Below are positions 54,846-64,000 of a stretch of 64,000 nt of DNA, in pieces. The stretch's first letter is position 1, and each line of letters starts with the position of its first letter. The position numbers were made by a program, and so were the translations under genes. Source of the DNA: Bugula neritina (lineage: Eukaryota > Animalia > Bryozoa). The stretch is from positions 5,714,729 through 5,778,728 of the forward strand of contig OZ037770.1 in the NCBI GenBank assembly GCA_964035545.1. Reading direction: 5' to 3'. The notes below the pieces were generated by a model. It ran no database searches, was not told where the DNA came from, and was given only the letters and a program-made list of their open reading frames with translations.

Positions 54846-55746
54846 GTGATTTGTGTCCTTGGGGTTATATCTACAACCCTCACTCTGCATCATGTTTCAA
54901 AATCAGCACACAAAAGAAAAGCTGGTATAGTGCAAGAACTGCCTGTCAGCGTGTCGGAGGCAGATTGGCTGTGTTTGATTCTCTTGAAACTATTTCCTGG
55001 GCCAAGCACATGAGAAAAACTTTTTAAGGTAGAACTAAACATGATTCATAAGCTCAAAATAAGAAGTTAAAAAACAATTTTCAATGTGTTGCTACTTGAG
55101 TAAAATATATAAATGCTTTTTGAGCTTTATTAACGAGTTCAAGCAATGCTGGAGTCTATACATAATTATAGACTGAAGTCAATAACATGTCTCATGATAA
55201 CCACAATAACTAATGGTAATCCATGAACTCAATGTTTTGTCAAAGTGATTTGCATGTTTTATTGCTTATTAATGATTAGTAAATATAACATTATTGTGCA
55301 TATCATAATAATTCTCTTAGGTGAAATGCAGTTATAGAGTGAAAATTCAAGTAGATATGTATATACTTAACAAATATTACAGATATAATTTTTTGAAGAT
55401 ATTTTGTTTCACTGCATTTACTGCGTTTATGGCCTGGTACAATTTTCCTACACAAGTATATGTTGTTATCCGAAAGTTTAAGTTATGGCAAACTATTTAT
55501 ATAGACTGGACTCCATACCTTGATGACTCCATATGGATTGGTGGTAGAAAATTTTATAGTCGATGGCAATGGGATGCAGGTAATGTTAAAAAAGACATCG
55601 TGGTTGCTGTTTGGCATGATAATGAACCTAACAATCATGGAGGCCATCAAAACTGTCTAATTTTATATCACAGAAGACAACATATGCAATGGGATGATCA
55701 AACGTGTTCACGTGATGCGTATTACATCTGTGAAAAGCTTATATAA
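54846..55746 (+). pseudogene. C-type lectin domain (EPN/WDD), exons 54846-55028 and 55505-55746, with in-frame TAA just before the donor
   Basis: CPWGY..SCFKISTQKKSWYSARTACQRVGGRLAVF and WIGG..WQW..WHDNEPNNHGGHQNC..WDDQTC..YYICE*. Phase-1 GT-AG intron; TAA at 55025-55027; AATAAA at 55786. Confidence 0.8.
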
Positions 55747-57189
55747 TGAACTGGTTACGAGTTACTTTAAACACTAATTAACATTAATAAAGTGACAATT
55801 TTATGACTATTGTTACATAAATATATTTTAAAAGTAATTAAAGGTATATGTCATAATAAGTTAAACATTTAGAGATGCAATTTTAATAATGTATTGCATT
55901 TTGCAAACTTCTAAAAATACAATTTATTGTATTAGGACAAAAATGAACATAATATAATATAGCAATTCAGTTTTTTTACAGCACATTCCTTCAAACCTCC
56001 GCTAATTTTGGATATGGAATATATAAATTTAAACTAATAGTTTCAGCTCAGAGAAGAACTATTTTTTAACACAAATTATACTACAACTCTTTCAATTCAA
56101 AAAATATATCAGAGTGGTAATATATATAATTAACATTAGTTAAATAGTAGTAGTATTACGTACAAATATTCTGTTTTTGAGAATTATATACCTTATAAAC
56201 AAAATACTAATAGCAGTGAGGTTGTGCAATAATCTTTTCGAAAGCACAAAATTTATACAGGAAACATATTTCCAATATTAAACTATAAAAACAGGTTTCT
56301 GCTTGATGCAAACTGATTGTTGTCTTTTAATATAAAATATTGTTACCATTAGCAACAGAAACTTGCTAGTCCAGCAATCAGATGTTGACATTAAACATTT
56401 AAAGAAGTATCACATGAGACCCGATAATATAAGCATAACAAATTGATCAACATAAAAACGGTACAGGCTATTATTGTAAAATGTGAATGCATTAAGATGG
56501 TTGCTCAATTTAATTGTTTAGAAAACTTTGCAGCCTATACAGCTCTGTGCCTATAATTATTCTAAGATTTAATTTTTCCCCACTCATAACTGAAATGCTA
56601 GCTCCATGCAATGAAAATTAAAAAATTAATGTACAATTGAAGCTCCTGCATTTTAAGTTACAAAAATTCATTATTTTAGTTTAAATTCAAAATTACCGTA
56701 AATATTAGGTAAAACTAATATAGTTAATGTTGTTGCTGTTGCACAAGTATGTCACTACATATATTTCCGCTGAACATAATATAAAATGATTGATCATCAT
56801 TGAATTGATTGCAATCCGAGTGTAAATTTTAGTCAACAACACAATGTTAAAAAATACAATAATGTGATAATATGATAAAATAATTGGGTATAACAGGAAA
56901 GGGCTATGAAAAATATATCAAATTATAGGCATGGGAGTTTAATCAGTATAATATTTAAAACATTAATCATAATCATGAATCATGAAAAAAAATTATATCT
57001 GTTTAAATTATCAATCATTTTGTTTTTTAAGAGTAGTTTGAGTAAAGTATTAATTTTGCGAACAAAAATAATATTATTTGCACTGTATTCGAGCGCAAAT
57101 TATAATATAATTGTCCTCATGTGTCTAAACATTTGCATGTTATAAATTACACTATATAACCAAGAAAGATATTATTTTTCCGGATGCCT

Positions 57190-57382
57190 AATTTGCATGT
57201 CCAAAGTGTTGTCTATGCAACCCTCAGTCTATATACTTTGTCATGCTTTAACATGTCAGCAAAAAGGAAAAAGCTGGGATGATGCGAAAGCTGATTGAAA
57301 GAATGTAGGAGGCAGACTTGCTGCCATTGATAGTTTTGAATATATATATTTAGCTAAACATATATGAGGAAAACTTATCGAG
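57190..57382 (+). pseudogene. Degenerate C-type lectin N-terminal exon, second copy
   Basis: CPK..NPQS..SCFNMS..SWDDAKAD*KNVGGRLAAIDSFE..RKTYR, with frameshifts and a stop. Confidence 0.75.
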
Positions 57383-58318
57383 GTCATAGAAACATAGAAA
57401 ATAAAACTATATATATAATATTATATTCTCACAACAAACAATTGAAATTTCCACAGCCTCATTGTTAATTAAGTTTTATCAATAAACAGTTATAAACTGC
57501 ATTTAGATGTTCAAAAGCAGTTAATGAACAGTTTTAACTTTATTAAGCACACTATATTTGACAATATTTATAGTAGAGAACTAAAACATATTTAGATTGT
57601 AATATATCTAATTGTACATGATTCTTGTCATCTTACCGCATTTGAAATAACAACCTGATTGATTATTGAAACGTTTGCTTACTTTATTCAAAATTTGAAG
57701 GATTTAAATGTCTCATTTCACCCCGAATGTAAAAGAGTTGTTTCTCTAATGCTACTCTACATTTGAAGGAACAAAGAAGCCTTGAAATGTGTTTGTTTTT
57801 TTCCAGTGTAAGCAAGAATTTATATAGCCTACCATTGAAGTAATTATTTTGTTTGCCTGGCATATAATATTCTTATTAAATTTTGGGTCTGCACTACAAG
57901 CAAGTACGCACAACAAAACTCTGGCCTTGATCTACAAAAAACAAATAAAACAGTGCAAAATTTGCTAATAAAAAAAACTGAAGTATCCAGGAAATAACAA
58001 TCCGAAAAAATTATAAAAACTAATTGGAAATTGTGAGATGCATAAAATGCCCGTTCAAAATCTAGTCTAATTAAATACAATGCCGCAGCAAAAGCAGTAC
58101 AGTTTCCTTTTTCTCAATCAGCTTATTTAATTCTTTTTCTTCTTTCAGACTGCAAGTGAAATCATGTTTAAGGCAAAATATACTATAAAAATGAATATTC
58201 AACTAATGGTCAACAAATATAACTATATATCACTAGTGAATATATTTTATTTACACAGGTATGAAAATAACCCAGGTAAGAAGCAGTGAAATCTCACAAA
58301 GAAAATTACTTATCATAC

Positions 58319-61300
58319 TGTAGTGGAAATCTGCAATAATAATATATAAATTTAGGAGAAGTATTTTCAAATCTTTATACTTTTATTTTTTTAGAATGCG
58401 ATCATGTAATTCAATCCTTTCCGAAAATCAGAACATGTTTGGGCTTGCTACCCAGCTGATCGGTCCATCAAATACCTTAATCTCAGGTATTGAAAGAGGA
58501 TACCCAGCCTCTACGCCCTCAAGGAGAGGAGTTATCAACCCTTTCCATTTGGAGTCTTGTCAACATCAGACAAGTCCTTTTTGAGGGTAGCCGCCGAGGA
58601 AGATACTACTGCTCGCTCTTATAACACTGTTGTAGTTCAAGAACGCCACCTTCTAGGTCTTCCAAATTTGCAGTCAACCCTACCATCAACTCTGAGCCTA
58701 TCTGACAGACCAGGTCAAGAGCGTTGCTCTCAGATTCGATAAAGTGCACATCATTAGACCTCTTCAAACTTGAGTCGGCATGGAAGCTCAGAATGCAAGC
58801 TCCAAAGGCTACGGAGGGAGCGGAGGAAGTCGTTGTAAGACCACGCCAATACTGTATGCCAGCACCTGAGTACCCAGTACATGAGTACGTGGGAAAGTTG
58901 GTTGAGATCATAAAGGAGGCCCATGATGCACTGCGAGAAATAGGTGGAAAGTCTGGACGGAAGATTCTGAGGAGCCATCGTTATACTCGGTAGACGACTG
59001 TGGGCGACGTGGACAGCCGGCTAAGCTACAGCCTTAGTTCGTGGGACCCTAACTTGTGGTGAAAGTGCTGCTCAACCACACATATACCGTGTGGAACACC
59101 CTGAACAGACTTCAGTTCAGAGAGAGCAGCATCTGAAACCATATTATGCTAGCCCAGACGTATTTGGACAGGCTCCCCCCTTTGAGACTAACCGTCAGCC
59201 AAACACCAAGGGAAAGGAGACACAATATAGGGAGTGGGATATTTTTTCCTTAAGGACAACGGAGCCAGACCTCAAACCAGAATCACCCCCGTAACTAACC
59301 CCCGGGACGGACTAGCCCCAGGGCCGGCAGCCCCGCGGGTGGAAGACGTCCCCACCCCTGGGGTGGGCGGGAGCAGTTCCCCACCTGCAGAACCAGTAGA
59401 AAAGCCAAGAGTGCCAAAGATAGTCACCCTTTCAAAAGAGTCAGAGAGCAAGGAGGCCATCTTGATATCTGGCTGACTATCACCTGGGGCACACAGAGAT
59501 GTCATTACCTAGGAGGAGTACGCCCAGTACGGGCAACTACCCCGACTTTGCTGAATATCCTCTCTATAGCTCCAAAGAATTCCTGGAAAATATAGAGAGT
59601 CTGAACTAAATTTTGGAAGGGTTACGCTAGCTAGAGTTGTCCCTCCGAAAGTCAGTGGAATTCCTGACCGGACGCTTGACCAAGGGGTCGGCAAGTGAAA
59701 ACTCGGTAACATGGGGTTCGGTCATTTCTACTAGTAATTCCACCACAATCAGATGTGTCTCTACTAAATCAATAAACAACATGGGAATAACTCTGCCTGA
59801 ACAAAGTCATAATAATCAGTCAAGTATTTTTTCAAGGATAGGTCCTCCATTATCGGAGTCTAGCTCAACTCACTCTAATTAGCCTTTACTTGATCCACTC
59901 GAAACTGCCCTGTTGCAGGCTGAGATCGAGATGGATCGAGAGGACTCACTTCATTACTACCTGTTAGATCAGCACATGGGGCTAGTGCCTTTCTGGGATA
60001 CGTCACGATTCTCAGTCTCCAGCAAGGTACCCTACAAGCACATGCTGAATTTTGGCAACAATGATATCGACCTGTCACGGCCTCTACTGTGGATTGTGAA
60101 GAGGCCACGCCAGCTCAAACTAGCTCCCCTTCTGATCAAGCCTCTTGTCCAGCTCTTAGCCTTCCGAAGGGTGCTGCTCCCCTAACTGAGATGCTACCCG
60201 CTAACACAAGTGAGCCTGTTTTCAACCCTGTGAAGCTCCTGTTATCCGCAGGCAAAAAGCAAGTGATCTTACAGGGTGGGCCCCTGGAGAGGATCAGTTA
60301 GATGTGTTGGCCTTGCCTCGGGCTTTGACCGCCCTCCAACGCTGGACTACGCAGGAAAGCCACCTCCGAATTAGCAAAATTTGCGGCGAGACGGGTGACC
60401 GAGTATGTTGCCAGTGCAGGAGGAAGTTTTCATCTGCACAACAGCTGTGGGTGTACGCCCTGCAGCATTTCGTCAATGTATTTTGCTGGTGTGGCAAATA
60501 CTCATACTAGCGAGATTATGTGCTGCGCCACCAGCGCATAGCCCGCTGCCACACAGGTCATACGTTTCTGGTTGACGAAGCTAGATTCCCGGAGTTCCGG
60601 TAGCTTATGCTACCCCATGTCACTGACTACCACAATCAGGCAGCACTTGTTTTGAGGTTTCCGGCATGCCACCCCTTGAGAGAGGAGAACTCTGAAACTG
60701 CCTCTGCCTCTTTGAATTGTGCTGGCATGAGTCGGTGTGGACTCCAGGCCCGCGGATGTCAATATGGACCCTCGGCCCACAACGGCGGGTAAGAAGAAAA
60801 GGATTAGGGCTCTAGAGTGACTCGGGCGTCTCAACTCGGGCTGGACCACCAGCAGACCCACTGCCTCCTGGAAGGCAAGATACGACATCTATGCTGCCAG
60901 ATGAGGCACTAGGAAGAGGAGATGACAGCTCTCCACCTAGAACATGGAGATAGTGGGTGTCGCTACTAAAATGACAATTACTTAGACAATGTGGTGGGTG
61001 ACTGTATATACACTATACATAATTGCTGTGTGCTTTCATTTTTTTCAATTTTTTTTTGCAGTCTATCCAATCCAGTACTTTTTTTCTTTTTATTCATTCA
61101 AATATTTCTGTTTTACTCTGTTCATTTTTCTGAAACACCAGCTGTTTTTCGAATGGGGGGGGGGGTGTGGTGGAAATATCTGATAATAATAGATAAATGT
61201 AGGGGTTGTCTTTTCAAATTGTTATTTTTTTATTTTCAATAGAATGCAATCATGTAAGTTGATCTTGTTTAAAAATTGAAACAAGTTCCGATGTCAGAAT

Positions 61301-61550
61301 CCGATGTCGGAAGGCGTTCTGATATTTGGGCTTCGAATTTTTGACAGGAAGCTTTGCCCCTGTATATAATAAAGTGAGCTCACAGAATAGAATCAGTCTA
61401 CCACTTGCGCTAGCAGGACACAGACCTACTTTTATTTGACACTCACACTACAATAAAGATTTCTACATTCAATACTAATACTTCACTTTGTCTCTTATAT
61501 ATTGGAGTTATGCTCCACACCTAATTTCTTTCTACCCATAAAACAACCAC
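58319..61550 (+). mobile_element. Internally deleted Gypsy LTR element (element 4) with a decayed extra ORF
   Basis: Partial 5' LTR from 58319 (TGTAGTGGAAATC); integrase C-terminal remnant ~58750-59200 (EYVGKLVEIIKEAH, QHLKPYYASPDVFGQAPP); strong PPT GAATGGGGGGGGGGG 61151-65; 3' LTR 61166-61550 (TG..CA); flanks ATAC/ATAT. Confidence 0.85.
59890..60790 (+). pseudogene. Decayed accessory ORF with C2H2-like zinc fingers inside element 4
   Basis: One frame read through stops: CCQCRRKFSSAQQLWVYALQH-FVNVF-CWCGKYSY*RDYVLRHQRIARCH..LVDEARFPEFR*LMLPHV..FPACHPL. Confidence 0.55.
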
Positions 61551-64000
61551 AATATTTATTCAAAATATCTTGTTTGAAATTTGCATTTCAACAGATATAA
61601 AAATGAAAATCAACACATAAACCTGTTTAGGTGTTTATGTCTCTATGACTGTTAGAATTCCATAAAAAATATTCAACAGCTTCATTATTAAATTACAGGT
61701 TTTACACACACTATTTGAATAAAAGGGGTTTTGCAATGGGAGTATGCCTATGTAGTAAACGGGTATGGTATCTCCCTGTGTATCCTATCAGCTTGAACAC
61801 TGAAGCTATCTTTATGCAGTTATAAAAGCTATAGTTAACTTTCCTGCATAAATTTATGAAGGGTGTAAGAATTAGAAATGAAACTGTACAAGAGCTACAA
61901 ACATAACACCGCTGGAATGAATAAATGGTTGAATTTCACAAAACCACTTCTAAAGTACTATACAATAGATGAAAATAATTTTTTTTTACCCCTTGAAAAT
62001 GTGTTTGCTGAAAAAGCTTACAAATGGTACAAATTTTACAATAAGTTTTGCAATTTTGCCAATGTTCTATTATTTGCCATTATTAAAAATAACAACAACA
62101 AGATCCATTTGAGATGCATTATGTATTAAAAATTATGAGGCAGTTACTTTTCTGACTTGAGTGCATGTGAGCCCCAGAGGTATAATATATTGTTTATTAT
62201 GGGCCCTACAATTAGAAGCCTGAAATAAATTTCTTTATCAAAATAGCCTACAGTAGTGTTTAAGTTTGACAAAGTCATAAAATAAAAAAATAATTGTGCA
62301 AAGAATAACTGGGTGGCATATAAACTTGCGCTTTGGGGTCCAATCAAACTTCCAGTGCAAAAATTCCCATTGGACACTCTTAAAATAGAAATTTGAAAGA
62401 TCGTGTAAAATATGTTTTATTATTTTAAATGAGATAAAAGTAATACTAGTGCAGATGTTTAAAAAATTGAGTGTATTTGAGATTTATAGATCATGACTAA
62501 TAGATAAATTTTTTTGAAGTCAAAAATTTATTGTATGACTGCAATTTAGGTTTAATAAACTTGCAGCAGTTGTGAGTCTTTATAACTTTCTAGCTAGGCA
62601 GTACGAATATTTAATATGTTTTGGTGGAATTATGATATGCCCTAAAATGAATAACAATTTACCAGCTAATATAAGTTGTAGAGAAATTATGGTAGGGCAT
62701 AGGCCTATAGACTTTTTAAAAATCATCTCATAAAAGTAACTAAAGTTTGCCTTTATATTGACATTTATATAATAATGCAATTATATTCTATTAATATTAT
62801 TACAAGCCAAAAAATATTCATGCAGTTTTTGCTTTGTGCAATATAGCAAAAGCATAATAAAGAATGTAAGGAAGAGAGCGGCTATAGTTGAACCACATGG
62901 TCCGTTTTTTTTCTTCAAATTTTTGCAGCATGTTATCTCCAATTTACTTAAAATAGTTTAGGTGAATGACTGAACATATAAAAATATATGAATTATCAAT
63001 GCAGAAGCTTTTAGGTGAAACAGCCCTGAGAAAATTGGCGTAAAACATAAAATTTTTATGGATACTATAAACTGTATATAAAAGTAGTTTGCATTATATT
63101 AGCAGAGTAACTTTGAGCTAACCTCATGTGATTGGCTAATTGTCAAACCAGTATTTGTACTTCCTTCAAGTTTGTACAGTTTAAATAGCCTACTGCCTAT
63201 TGGTCGGCTATTGAGAAAGTCATCACATTTAATTTTGAAAGGAGGAAAAAGGTAATATACTCTGTCTGAATTATTGTTTGTTGTCTTAGGATGGATACAT
63301 CTTGACAAATTATACGTTTCACTTTGCCCATAATTATTTGAACCTGTTTCAACTTTTTCATGACTTATTATACATTTTTATGGTTTAATTGATATTTTAC
63401 TTCAGTTTTATAATTAGTATACATAAGTTTTGCAAGAAACTATAGAAAATAAATAGATATATGTTATATCACTCCACAAGACACCAATCAGTAGAATTCC
63501 TCTAACTAGCATACACCTAGGGTGCACGCGGGTACACTACTGAATTATGATTCTTTATAATTGACAGCCATCTTGCAATTCCTAATATCAGTCAAGCTAT
63601 GGTGATATTAAAAGTTATACACCAACAATACAATAAATATATAGCAATTTATAATTTCTTTCGAAGTTACTTGGTAGACTTCGATTTTAATAAATTTTAC
63701 AAATCATTTGTATCCTTCTCAAAATAATTAAAATTGCTTTTTGAAAACATATATTGTATCATGCAAATTTTAGATAATATTATATATAATAATTGTTTAA
63801 AGAAGCCTGATTTGCAATGAAGTTGACAAAGTCAATAGCTTATATTACAGCCCCCTAGATGGCATATGTATACAAGCAGTTATCATTACAGCTTCATTGC
63901 TTCTATAAAGCAGCACCTGACTGGATATAGCATTGTTTTATATAAGTCCAATAAGTATGCAATATGTGTGAACAGACTCTCCTTTGTAGAATACAATTTC

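Noticed and set aside
62874-62905. GAGAGCGGCTATAGTTGAACCACATGG as a transposon TIR
   Set aside because: No matching inverted copy found in the window.

Overview
AT-rich eukaryotic DNA with spliced genes, most likely from an invertebrate animal; the species cannot be determined from the sequence. Most ORF-track entries are noise or transposon debris, so I assembled genes by hand from GT-AG junctions and checked exon phase. Genes: (1) a 4-exon minus-strand gene (5293-6600), absent from the ORF track, encoding a 91-aa secreted precursor with a possible RYamide peptide and a C-terminal knottin (ICK-type C-C-CC-C-C); (2) a 16-exon minus-strand gene (12979-37810) for an ~804-aa type-I membrane protein with NHL-like propeller, Sushi, ~3 plexin-like IPT domains, TM and a short tail; (3) a secreted Ser/Thr-rich mucin-like gene (47720-50063); (4) C-type lectin pseudogene remnants (54495-57382). 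Mobile DNA: two LTR-flanked but decayed Ty3/Gypsy elements in introns of gene 2, a third carrying a decayed C2H2 zinc-finger ORF, a Gypsy pol fragment, solo LTRs, CACTA-like and TA-flanked MITEs, and microsatellites. A ~320-bp non-coding element at 43081-43400 has two tandem type-I hammerhead ribozyme cores 271 nt apart and sits in (TA)n, as expected of a retrozyme. The ribozyme element, the knottin precursor and the receptor architecture are the main findings.
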